Source of the DNA: Macrostomum lignano
Lineage: Eukaryota
DNA: 48,564 nucleotides
Assembly: GCA_002269645.1 (NCBI GenBank)
Contig: NIVC01004361.1
Span: forward strand, 1-48,564
Direction of reading: 5' to 3'
In this document: in pieces, positions 13,001 through 36,403 of the stretch
Layout: every line of letters begins with the position of its first letter
How positions within the stretch are numbered: the stretch's first letter is position 1
The notes under the pieces: model-generated
Seen by the model: the letters and a program-made list of their open reading frames with translations, nothing else
What the model was told of the DNA's origin: nothing
Databases searched by the model: none
Program-made: the position numbers and the translations under genes

Positions 13001-13400
13001 CTCAGCCACGATAGAAACCTGCAGCGTGACGAGGTCCAGCTGTAGGTCGTGGGCCAGCTGGACAAGGATGGTGCAACGCCAGGGGCCTTCAGAGTTCGGC
13101 AGTTCATCGTGCCGAGTCTGAGGCGGCCACCTGGTACAGCTGGGGCCAGATGGAGGTTGGCCTTGTGGTCCCCGCGGATCCATAGTTGAAGTTGCAGGGA
13201 CTGGGGGCGACAGGCGCCCGACCGCGCCACGGAGTCGCCCTCGCCAGTTGCGCTCGCGCCGCCGCTCAGTGCGGCGCTGCGCGCTGCGCTGACCTCTGCG
13301 AATCCCTGCTGTGCTGAACTTTGCTGCCGCAGCCGAAGCGCGGCTGTCAAAGCCGAGATAATAAATGCGACGGGAGTGAGGGGGGCTGCCTAGAGGCGTA
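10100..13400 (-). mobile_element. Non-LTR retrotransposon, RTE-like (APE + RT), near full length but frameshifted
   Basis: APE motifs GTMNCRTL, GRGGVGV, CAYAPT and LGDLN (about 12650-13170). RT motifs GPDEVP, VFVDFRKAFDSV, GVLQGDTLAPFLF and YADD (about 11050-11730). C-terminal RRGQARTRRYVD near 10430. The motifs are split across several frames. Ends and TSD not resolved. Confidence 0.9.
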
Positions 13401-14202
13401 CAAGTATATAAAAAATATCAGGCTAAAGGGGTTTTGTCTATAGAATGGCTAATGCTGCAAAGTGCACCGCGACACAACTGAGTTACAGTTATTTAGTTAG
13501 CTCGGCGAGTTTTACAATTTAGCATACATCAAGTACATGCATCAATACCAGCGTACGTGGTAGGTCAAGTGAAAATAGACAGAGCTATTTGTATAGACAA
13601 AGTATAAGCTTCTTCTGAAGAGTTTATGCGCTAAATAAATAGGATCCAAGCATATTTGTTGTAGTTTATATTTTAATTTTTGCTTTGCCTTTCGGAGACA
13701 ATTTACATCACAATATGTTATTCATATGAGCATTATTATGTATTCATGGCATTTATCTTGTGCATCAATAGTTTAATTACTGTAAGAGTAATTTTCTGAA
13801 ATCCTACAAAAAATATTTCAGGGAAACAAAAATTATATAAGAAGCGTCGAGCATTTTAATAAACAGCTTCTTGAAGTGGGATTAGGAAAAAATTAATTGG
13901 AGAGTCAGTTACAATATAGTAAGAAAATTCAACATTTTCACTTCTGATTTCTAACATGAAGCAATAAATAACACAGAACTTTAACAGTGTAGAAATTACA
14001 GCTCAAATTTTCTAGTACATTACGACAAAAATTTTCTCCACACTAAGGAAACCAATTTTTCGATATTGCTGTCACTCTGCTTAGTTGCTAAACAAACAGA
14101 GTTTGTTTAGGCGTGTCATGAGTACAAAAATGAAGTACTAAACGTAACCTACATTATTAAATTTGCAGCTGATATAGCAAGACTATAGCTCGATGGGCAT
14201 AA

Positions 14203-14967
14203 TTAGCGGATTGATGAACCAGAAACTGGAGATGATCTTCTTTGACTCGCCCTGGTGGAAGCTTTCAATGTTGGTTGTGGCTGCTCCTGGGGCGGCTTTT
14301 TCTGCTGTTGCTTTTGCTCCTCCTGCGGCTGCTTCTGCTGCCCTCGACTAGCTACACCGACAGACTGTCTTCGTGGCTCTTTTAATGGGCCTACGGAATT
14401 CGTACTCGGTTTAGGAGGCGACGACAATGGCGGTGGAGTTGTTCGCGGTGTTTGAGTCGTCGAATTGAGAGGCTGCTGCTGATCCGTGTATACATTGAAA
14501 AATGGTCCATCGTCCACCAGCTGCAGGCTGTCCCTGTTGGCCATGACGCACATGCTCTGGTTTGAGGCGTCGGATTCGCCTAGATACAAAACGAATTAAA
14601 TCAGTTATAGAATTTCAGCAGCTATCAATTTTACAATTGTAAATCAATTATATAAGAGCTAAAAGCGTATCAACGTTCACTGGCAAGTTACTCAGCTGGC
14701 AAAGTTTGTAGAATCTATCTCAAACAAAACAGAGAAGCGCCATCAAAACTCACAGGAAGCATCCTTTCCAGCTTCCGAGCTTTGACTCGAATCGTTGGAA
14801 TCCGTTAACACACTACTTTGCTCGAGAGTGTCGCGCTCACGGCGACGCTTCCTATCGCCATGCAGATTCAGAACAGCCGGCAAAACTAGCAGGCCAAGTA
14901 TAACACCAAATGCTATAGCCGCCACGCACACCACTAAAGCTGCTGCAAGCACATGGAAGTTGGTCAT
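14203..14967 (-). CDS. Putative 2-exon gene, ~196-aa single-pass membrane protein with a Pro/Gln/Ser-rich tail
   Basis: Exon 14967-14754 (hydrophobic VLAAALVVCVAAIAFGVILGLLVLPAVL followed by RKRRRER; donor T|gtgagt) splices in phase 1 to exon 14579-14203 (tatctag acceptor). Total 591 nt, open. Confidence 0.6.
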
Positions 14968-15546
14968 TTTTTCTAGACTTATAAGAGATATCTAGCTTCT
15001 ATAGAAAATAGTAGGCAATGAATGCATTTTTCTGAAATAAGAATTCGTTTAATTAATAACTGATAGTTAAATAGTCTTTTTAATTTCACTTCTCAATAGA
15101 TTCATAGCCGCCAAAGTGAATGCTTCAACATAAACTATTTGTGGGCTGCTGTTTTGCACTTTAAAACTCTTGCAAGTTTTATTTAGTAACGGCTTTTGGT
15201 CCACAGTGAAAAGTTGAGAATCGATGGCAGCAGTAGATTCGGTCTTGCCCATAGACATAGACGGAAAAAGGCAAGCAAGTATAGTTGATAATTCTAACCT
15301 TTACTGCATGGAAGTCGATGTTTAATTAGATGCTAATTATAAAACTCCTTGGCTTAAGCCCAGCCGAAATGGGAATCGTCTATGGTAATGAGTAAAACAC
15401 TCAACTCATATGGTACAAATATAACTACACATTTTCTCGTACAACAGTTTTTTAGTCAAGACATTCTATTTAGACAGTCTATGGTTTGGAGCACAGTTAC
15501 AAGCATTCAAATTAGACAAACTCAAATTCTTTTTAGCCATGTAATA

Positions 15547-16063
15547 TACCTTTTTGCGATTTAGTTTGCCAAAACTGCAATCAATTTTGCCCGCGGAAAA
15601 ATATCACATAATTTTGCTGTCTAGGCCAAGTCTGCTCAGTCATGACCAGAGTTTCAGCCACAGTACATTGTTAAGGGACCTCCGCTTGGCACCTCCGCGA
15701 GGCAGAGGCTCTATACGACCGGTTGCGTTGAATTGTCCAACTATGTAAGTCACGGTTCTTCGTGAGATGCCCAACAGCCTACCAAAATCTTGCCAGTCCT
15801 CTCCATCCTGATATGCTTGAATCAATCGCTGCCGGTCCTTCGCTGAAATCCTGTTATAAGGTCCACGCTGGGCCATTCTTTGATCTTGCTATGTATGTCT
15901 GTGGTGTTTTCTTTGCTATGGGCAAACTAGGTCGCAGTTTTGGCAAAATTGATTGCAGTTTTCAAAGAGTTAAATTTGGCACAGTCTGTGCCAAAATTAT
16001 AAGTGATATTTTTCCGCGGGCAAAATTGATTGCAGTTTTGGCAAACTAGATCGCAAAAAGGTA
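15547..16063 (-). mobile_element. Tc1/mariner (IS630-Tc1-mariner) internal-deletion derivative, 517 bp
   Basis: ~70-bp TIRs beginning TACCTTTTTGCGAT (first 61 bp have 1 mismatch), TA target duplication (15545-46 and 16064-65), and an internal transposase N-terminal ORF. Confidence 0.88.
15640..15876 (-). CDS. Truncated transposase, N-terminal helix-turn-helix DNA-binding region only (78 aa)
   Basis: YNRISAKDRQRLIQAYQDG...LLGISRRTVTYIVGQFNATGRIEPLPRGG fits the paired-like HTH plus GRPR/RGG-type linker of Tc1/mariner transposases. No DDE/D domain. Confidence 0.65.
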   Translation of the reverse strand: MAQRGPYNRISAKDRQRLIQAYQDGEDWQDFGRLLGISRRTVTYIVGQFNATGRIEPLPRGGAKRRSLNNVLWLKLWS

Positions 16064-16845
16064 TATAATTTAAATGAATCTAATGTAATGTAAGAATGTA
16101 AGAACGTAATTTTTGCCTCTGGGTTAACATTTCACACAACTGGTCATTTCACACCAGTGGTCACCTCACAAAAACCTACATTTTTTTACTTTCCAGCTAG
16201 CAGTAACTTTTTGGAAGAAGCAAAAACACTACAGTTTGAAATATTAAAATTTGCAATAGAAAAAGGCTAATCATGGAAGAAAGTAAAAAACACAAAATGA
16301 TCATCTGTTTATTTAATATTATTACAAAACGCTAACAGGCATACACACTTACATGTAGCGTAACTTCGTGGTAATAAGAATGATCAATTTGATAACAACA
16401 TCTGAGCAATAATAGTGTGTCATCAAGGCAAGTTTGAAGCTCTTATAATTTAGATACGAAAATTAATTAACAGGTGATAATAGCCACACGCCGACCTTTT
16501 CCACGACTCTCAGTGTGCACATGCATTTGTTTTACACTGTTTTACATTTTTTCGAGCTATGCGAGAGCTTTTACGATCAAAATTATATTTCGCCTACTAT
16601 TCTCAGTAGTCTATACAGCACTGTGAAGAATTTCTAGCCTAGAAAAATCAGACTGCCAAAGAACAGCGTAAGCCATGGAATCACGCGGCCACTTAGTGGG
16701 CATTGTATGTACATTCCTAGATGTACATTTGAACAGACGCTTGGCATCAACTTCTCCCACCTCCGCTGACCCATGAAAGCGACAATAACGAAAGAAATCA
16801 AATTAAGCAACAAGGCACACCTGTTTATAAACCGTTTTTTTAGCA

Positions 16846-27234
<10,389 letters not shown>

Positions 27235-29649
27235 TCTTCTTTAGGTATTTGTGTTTTTACTACTCTGCACGTACATTCTACCAACGCACTACACCATTTA
27301 GCATTTTACAGTGAGCTATAGCCGTGAATCGCGCGAACACATTTCTTAGGAATTCTTGCTGTTTAATTTGATGTTTAAAAAGTGTTTTACAAGTTAAACA
27401 AAAAACAAGTTATTACTAAATAATTACTAATCAATAATTAAATAGCTTTTAAGTATTCCTTGAATTAAGCTTTTGTTCTTGTTAGATTTTGAATATTTAC
27501 CTTAAATTTCTTTATTTACCCGTGCTTTAAACTAATTAATACAAGTTAACGTCATTGTTGCACACTGCACACTGATTACTCCAGCAGTTTCCATGCCTAC
27601 TGCATGTATTACAACTTGAGGACAGGGAAATTTATTTGCTGTAATAAACAAAAAATCGCTGGAACGCATTTAAAAAAAGTAGAGTACGGACCATGGGCAC
27701 GCAGCGACGTAGGGCAGATAACATATTGCACGTATATTTTAAGATCCAAAACTTCAACACCCTAAGTTCTGCCGCTCATTGCCCAGTCCCCGCGGATCTC
27801 TTTGCTCAAATTAGTTGCTCTTAGTAGTTGCACAATCCCTCCTGCCAAGTTCAACCAATTTTTTATCTTCACACACATGTTAATTGTGTACTGCAAGTAT
27901 GTTAAATATGCTGGAAGTACGCGTATACGCTTGTATCTACCCTACCTCTAAATTTGCCCAAATGAGAGCTATTTTATTCAATAAATCCACTTTCCAAGAA
28001 TGAATAAAAACCGGAAGACAATTTAACAAACCGTTAAACAACTCAAGCCAACAAAACATGAAGTAAAGAAATATTGATTCTGTATTTGAAAATCAATATA
28101 CATGTAGCTCTGGGAAAATAAAAAAAATAGCAATTAACTTATAACTACTTGGCAAATTGTACTGATGGAATCGGATCTACATTCATTGAGAATTCACAAA
28201 TTAAAATTATTCTCATAAAAATAATTTATATAACACTGCAGATAGGAATTAGATTTTTTGTAATATTTTTATACTAAGTTGGCTTTGCAGTAACAAAGAT
28301 AAACAAATTATGTTTTTACGATACATTTTGTGTATGGGTACGGGCGAAGGTGACATATATGAAAGACAAAAAATATTCTGCAAACATAACAAAACGACAA
28401 TATATAATCATCTCGAATGCTGTTGCCATACATAAGACCTACACTTTGTAGTTTTGAATGAAAAATCTATTTTGAGTTACTATTTTAAGCATCTATTGAG
28501 CATCTATTAATCCGATCAGAATGATATAATGGGTCCACGAGAATTGCCCAGATGGCATATTGCATGGATTAATAGCTCACAGATGTACCAGAGTAGCATT
28601 TGATATGCAGAGTCGTTTTGATCGGGTAAATCTCTTTATTAAGACACTCCAGATTCTCATGGATCCTTCTCACTCACTCATAGCCAACCCCCAGCCTAAG
28701 TCAGTGCAACTGTCTAAGAAGCAACTATCTGCCTAGTCTTTAGTGTTGCATATATAAATTCCGTCAGGTAAAAAATCAAAACTTCAAACTGAATCAGACC
28801 GAGGGCATTCAACGATCCGCCTCGTCTAGCCATCTTCTAAAGAACTCCTGCGGCCCCATGGCCAGCAAGGTGACAGTCGGGTCATAATCCGGCCAAAAGT
28901 CTGGCATCACCAAACTGCACCGGCCGTCGTTCAGGCAGTCGAAAATTCTCCGATTCAACTGGCCCATATAGCCGTCCGTTAGGCGTTGAAGAAAGTGCCA
29001 ATAGGCTGCTCTCAGGCTCATTGGTTCGAATAGGGCGAAATGAAACATCACGCCGGTGGACAGGGCGTACAGCAGGATGTCGCTGTGCGGCAGGCGCGGC
29101 AGCCAGCCGGCTCCCACAGCCGCTGAGCAGGCCAGCTCGGCAGCTTTACTGGCGCAGTACATGGCCACGCTGCTGCTGCGGTAAGCCAGCATGCTGCCAC
29201 CGGCTGCTGGTCGCTCGCCGCCCACTGCCAAGGCCGCTGGTTGCCATGGCAACACCAGATCAGCAGGCAGCCGACAGCCTTGTAGATTGCCGACAGGCCG
29301 CCAAGGAAGGCGCCGAACCGCAGGCTGTCCGGGTGGAGCAGGGCGCCGCGGATGGCGCCGACGAGGCTGCGGCGCCGGCGGGCGGATTGAAGCGCCGAGG
29401 CGAGCGCCGTGACGAGGCGCAGCGCCGTTTGGAGACCGAAGCCGAAGGCGAACATGCGGCCGAATTTCTGGGGGGGAGGCGGTGGGAGTTGGATTCATTA
29501 TTAAAATTTATAAAAAATTGGTATTTGAAGAAAAGCGCAGAAAAATGCTGTTTTTTTCTAGCATGCCTACTGACAAGTAGAATTTTGAAAGGTAAGAAAA
29601 ATGGATAACAAAATTGAGACTAGAAAAAGTAGGTGAGACAAATAAGGTC

Positions 29650-30315
29650 GAGACACATCAGGTAAGACACATCAGGTGAGAGACACATCAGGTAAGACAC
29701 ATCAGGTGAGACACATCAGGTGAGAGACACATCAGGTAAGACACATCAGGTGAGACACATCAGGTGAGACACATCAGGTCGAGACACATCAGGTAAGACA
29801 CATCAGGTGAGAGACACATCAGGTAAGACACATCAGGTGAGAGACACATCAGGTAAGACACATCAGGTGAGACACATCAGGTGAGAGACACATCAGGTAA
29901 GACACATCAGGTGAGAGAGACACATCAGGTGAGACACATCAGGTGAGACACATCAGGTGAGACACATCAGGTGAGAGAGACACATCAGGTGAGTGAGACA
30001 CATCAGGTGAGACACATCAGGTGAGACACATCAGGTGAGACACATCAGGTGAGAGAGACACATCAGGTGAGACACATCAGGTGAGACACATCAGGTGAGA
30101 CACATCAGGTGAGACACATCAGGTGAGAGAGACACATCAGGTGAGACACATCAGGTGAGACACATCAGGTGAGACACATCAGGTGAGACACATCAGGTGA
30201 GAGAGACACATCAGATGAGACACATCAGGTGAGACACATCAGATGAGACACATCAGGTTAAGACACATCAGGTGAGACACATCAGGTGAGACACATCAGG
30301 TGAGACACATCAGGT
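29650..30315 (+). repeat. 14-bp minisatellite (14-18 bp variants), ~45 copies (intron 8 of TMEM135-B)
   Basis: Unit GAGACACATCAGGT / AAGACACATCAGGT. Confidence 0.96.
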
Positions 30316-32115
30316 CATATCAGCTTACATAAATAGCGCTGGCCAGACAGCCGTCAGGATGTCCATTCGGGCATCGTGAAAAGCCACCGCTGCCACCAGG
30401 CAGGGTGCGCAGAGCCGCCTGCGCCCACCTGGACAGCCAGCCGCTCGGCCGCTGCTCAACCGCAGTTTGAGATTTCTCTGCGTCGTCGCCAAGAAGAAAT
30501 CTGTTTAGTATGAATTAGAATTTTTTCGGAGGCTGGCTTAAAAAAGTTAACCTTAGGTAACCATAGCAACATCGGAGACAAAGCTCTCACCCGATGCCAG
30601 ACTTCATGCTGCCTTGAATCCGGCCGGATCTGAGGCAAAGAGAGACAAAAATTTGGTCTTAGAAGAAATTCTTTGCAGACAATGAATCAGACTTGGCCTC
30701 TGGGACGTGGGAGTTTAAAGGGTTGGGCTACATGTCAATACCCTGTCAGTAGGGCACTACAGCAGACGGAACTGGAAGGGATATGAGGGACAGGATCAGC
30801 TGGCCTTCTTGACCTCCCTGTGAATGTAAATAAAAACTGATTGAATGAGGTGATTGGCATATTATCGAAAATTTCAGGTTTCAATATAGAGAGGGAAACC
30901 TACCAAACATCCTTTATTTCCTCTGAAGTCTGCTTTGTTAATTCGAAAAAATAATGATCATACCGAAATAACGTTCCCCTAACAAATAGGATCACGCGGA
31001 TTAACTAAATCCTCATTGATCAAACCTACTATCCCAACTTTCATCAGTCTCTGTTGTAATAAGCCTCATTTCCATTTTAACTCCCAAATGCTTAATTGCA
31101 TTTCTAATCGCTTTCTCAAAGCAATTATCATTCTCGCAGAAATCTGACAGCAATCTGAAGGCAACGCGAATCAAGTCGTCAGTTCAAGGATAAATATGAT
31201 CAAAAGACAGAACGCTTTTTCAGCGACCAGAGAAAAAAAGTTCGCTGAACGATTGCGCATGCAACTATAGACAGAGTTTCAGATTCCCTCCGGGATAAGC
31301 AGACTGACAGACTAAGTAAGATCTGGGCTAGTTAAAACAGCGAGAGGTCCAGAAAAAACATGACAGCATATCAGAGAGGAAGAAATGCCAGGCACCCGGC
31401 CTCCTGACAAGGATGTTTCACAGAATTTTCATGAGACTCTCTGGTGGAATCTGAAGACGCGATGAAGATCGGGTCGGTTAAGGGGAGAGCTAGTAGGGGC
31501 CAGGAACAGCTTCTCCAGCGATCGTGTTCAACAACAATCACCTCTGCATAGTTGGTGAATCTCTACATGAAGCTGTCTCTCTGTACAAGATGCAATTCAG
31601 CTAACTATATAGCCATATATATATGGGGCCAATGGCTAACACAAGCCAGATGCTATGCAGGCCTTGATTTGTGTTTCAACAAAACCAAAATCTTGCAATA
31701 AGAGAGGGGGAGAGAGATGAAGCTCGATTGCCCCCCCCCCTCATTCACCTATTTTGGTGCGAGCCGCGGTAACCGGGAATTACAGGTGAGGTTGTGCCGC
31801 CGCCAGACTAAGCCCTGACAAGATGATTGACAGGTCCAGCTGCGAGGCAGAAGAGAGGGCCCGGGGAGGATGCACAAAGTGCCCCATCGTCTGCCTTATC
31901 ACGGCCTCGAGCCACCAAGCAGCGATGCTGACTGATACAGCCTAATTTAAAGCTCGCCTGTTTCCCATTGGGTCTGCGGGAATTCCAACAGATTACTAAT
32001 TAGCATTGGGCTTTTGTGCCCGCTGGTTCGAATAGCCGGGTTGCTGCATTCAAGACCGAATACCGATTCTATGCCACCTTTAATGCCATGCTACACAGGT
32101 AGATAGGCTGGATCG

Positions 32116-32379
<264 letters not shown>

Positions 32380-32851
32380 TGTTTCCAGCCAAATTCAGAT
32401 ACCAATATCGCAGGGTACCAGGTGATGCTGCGCCATTCACGCCAGACCGACATCTCGATGGATCTGTCATCCCCTAATCGGATGCCTCGCTGGCCGAGCA
32501 TGGCGGTTTGTTCAGCTGGAATAATAGGTTTAGGCTTAGAAAGGAGGCAAGGGGATTTGAAATGCGGAAGCCAGAGTGAGATCTAGTTGCCAGGGCACGG
32601 GTGAAGGGGAGTTTTTAGAAATTAGGCAAGCGCGAGACTGAAGTTCAACAACGGCAAAAATTGGATGGAAACAGAGACAAAGACACTTCAGCTTCCCGAT
32701 TCGCATCCCCTGCTGGGTCCGGCCCCTCCTCCATCTGTCGCTAATGGGAAATACAGATTTCCCCCTATCTGTTCATGTATAAGTCGCCCTTTGCCCAGCT
32801 GGCCAGCATTTCAATGCCATCTTTGTAGACTGATGCTGGCGCACCTCTTTA

Positions 32852-33066
<215 letters not shown>

Positions 33067-33996
33067 CTCTTAGTCTCTGCTTGCCTGCCTGCCTGCTTGT
33101 CTGTCAAACTGTCTTAGTGTTTCAGTGTCTGTCCGTCTGTCTCTCTATCCTGTCCTTGGTACCAGCGTGAAACTCAGTGTCTTTTATTAGTCCCTGCATC
33201 CCTGTGCGCTGTCTGTTGTCAGTCCGCTTGAAGCAAATTGAAAAGTTAAAGTGCCGATTAAACAAAAAAGCCTGGCTTTCATTACGAAAAAAATCAGCCA
33301 GTAAGCCAATCGCAAAGGGTTTAACTACTGGGGACAACAATCGAACGTGTCCATCAAGCTGGTAGACAGCATAGCAACCGCTAAAAAACCCAGGCATCTC
33401 CCTCCCAAGCATGGCATCCATTGTTGCGCCGTGCACACAGCCCATACACATGAAACGCGGGAATTCAGTTGAAAATTCCTAAAAGAAACGATCGTTCGTG
33501 CCGACTTGCTGTTTGCCTAATTTTGTTAATTATTTTCTCTCTTCACTCAAGTATCGACGGCCATCGCTCTGGGCTGGCTCTGTTTGATCCAGCGGAGTTT
33601 GATTCAACAATAGAGGTTAGGCAAACAATGCCGGCTAGAATGAATAAAAATTAATGTGCTAATTCTTCTAATATGTATGTCTATATACACATGATTATTA
33701 CACCGAGAGCCATGCCAATCTGGCTATCATTCTTGTCCTGCAGCTCCATGTTTGCCTTCAAAATCAGTGGATTGATCAGGCACATCATTGAGCGTTTTAC
33801 TGCCTTAGTAACAACACTTTATAAGCGCGTTGCTATAAGGATTCTATAATTCTCTACAAACAGTAATGAACCATATTATGGACATCATAATTGTATTCCT
33901 CTGCCAACAGGAGTGATCATATCGAATTAAATATTTCGAATTGTTTCAAAAACGGATTTCATGCAGATCAGAGTATAAGTCCAATAGATCAACAGT

Positions 33997-33997
<1 letters not shown>

Positions 33998-34066
<69 letters not shown>

Positions 34067-34170
34067 GGCAGGCAGACAGACAGACAGACAGACAGGCAGA
34101 CAGACAGACACACAGACAGGCAGACAGACACACAGACAGGCAGACAGACAGACACTAAGACAGACAGACA
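33998..34170 (+). repeat. (GACA)n microsatellite with GGCA/CACA variants
   Basis: Direct reading. Confidence 0.96.
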
Positions 34171-35390
34171 GGACAAGTCAGACACGCGGTGATTTGCAGT
34201 GATTTATGGTTATCGATGTTACAACTTTTTAGTCGTTCTTGTTGAGTTGCATATTTGATTCACACTTTCTACAATTGAACTCCCGGAGACAAGCGCCGGT
34301 GCGGTCAGCTCTCTAAGCCACCCCCCCCCCCGAGGGTAGGGAGAAGGCGGCACTGGAATTCTCAATCAGTCCAGTCGAGCGTAAGCAGATTACGCCGCAG
34401 CGACGCCGCCGGGGTTGCCTTTAAGGCAGGCAGGCAGGCAGGCAGACTTTCTGGCATGGGCTCTGCGGGTGAGCTGAGCTGCCAAAATTAAAGAGCAGAA
34501 TGCAAGTCGAATAGAACAAGCTTGGTCGGCCGCTCGGGAACTCAAAAGTGAGCGAGACCGTCAGAGTAGAGACTATAGATAATCAACTTTCCAGCAAGAT
34601 GAGCTCACAAGAATCGAGTTGGATGTATCCATCCATTCTCCATTCTCAAAAGCCTCTAGGGACTGACCACGACTAGGCGCGCTATCAATACGATCATGAG
34701 TAGTTGCTAGGGCCAGAATTCAAATGAGACTGCCAGTCTACTAGCAGCGTCTCTTGAACCATTTTTATCCCCAAGCATCTCTGATACTAGAAATGAGAAA
34801 TTTGCCTAAAAATTCATCACCCAGCAACAGAATTCTAACCAAGAACTATCATTGTAACAGACAATAAATCATCTTTCCGTTTGCTTCAATTTGATTACGA
34901 TATCGCAGAAAACTGTGGAGAGATAAACATGTAACCAAGTTTTTGATGACAAGCTTGTCTTTTTGGATAACAAGAAACGGACTATAAAATGACAAAAATA
35001 TTGGCGGCATCCTGGAGCAACGTCTTTGACGACATTGTAACAAATCCTGCGGTTCTGCCAATTCCCCTGACTCCTAAACACATACAAGCGCGCAAATGCT
35101 GTACACAGGCACGAACTCATCCGCACTCTCACACAAGGTGTACAAGCGGCTCTCCTGACTTTCTAATCGTCAGTCGTGTACACTCTCTGTGCCCTGGATG
35201 CTGGCTCTCACGCCAATTCTCGTGCGCACACAAGCCGCAAATAAATGTGGAATCGAACCAGGGATTTACGGCGCGAGAGTCGAATACGTTTACTGTTGAG
35301 CTGCTGCTCTGCTCCCTGAAGATAGAAGACAGCGTGAGACAAAAGATACTGCTTAATTTTACAAGAAGACACTGCCGAATCTGACGGGGA

Positions 35391-36403
35391 GAAGACACTA
35401 CCGAGTTTAACGACATGAAGACACTACCGACTTTAACGACATGAAGACACTACCGATTTAACGACATGAAGACACTACCGATTTAACGACATGAAGACAC
35501 TACCGAATTAACGACATGAAGAAACTGCTGATTTAACGACATGAAGAAACTATCGACTTTAACGACATGAAGACACTATCGACTTTAACGACATGAAGAC
35601 ACTACCGAATTAACGACATGAAGACACTACCGAATTAACGACATGAAGACACTACCGATTTAACGACATGAAGAAACTATCGACTTTAACGACATGAAGA
35701 CACTACCGATTTAACGACATGAAGAAACTATCAACTTTAACATGAAGACACTACCGATTTAACGACATGAAGAAACTGCTGATTTAACGACATGAAGAAA
35801 CTGCTGATTTAACGACATGAAGAAACTATCGACTTTAACGACATGAAGACACTATCGACTTTAACGACATGAAGACACTACCGATTTAACGACATGAAGA
35901 AACTATCGACTTTAACGACATGAAGACACTACCGAATTAACGACATGAAGACACTACCGATTTAACGACATGAAGAAACTGCTGATTTAACGACATGAAG
36001 AAACTGCTGATTTAACGACATGAAGAAACTGCTGATTTAACGACATGAAGACACTACCGAATTAACGACATGAAGACACTACCGATTTAACGACATGAAG
36101 AAACTGCTGATTTAACGACATGAAGACACTACCGAATTAACGACATGAAGACACTACCGATTTAACGACATGAAGAAACTACCGATTTAACGACATGAAG
36201 AAACTGCTGATTTAACGACATGAAGAAACTGCTGATTTAACGACATGAAGACACTACCGAATTAACGACATGAAGACACTACCGATTTAACGACATGAAG
36301 AAACTGCTGATTTAACGACATGAAGAAACTGCTGATTTAACGACATGAAGAAACTACCGAGCTATCGAACTAACGACATGAAGACACTGCCGATTTAACG
36401 ACA
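35391..36403 (+). repeat. 25/26-bp minisatellite, ~40 copies
   Basis: Unit GAAGACACTACCGATTTAACGACAT with variants GAAGAAACTGCTGAT and GAAGAAACTATCGACT. Confidence 0.96.

Noticed and set aside
11444-13121. Plus-strand ORFs overlapping the LINE
   Set aside because: Antisense shadows of GC-rich retrotransposon coding sequence.
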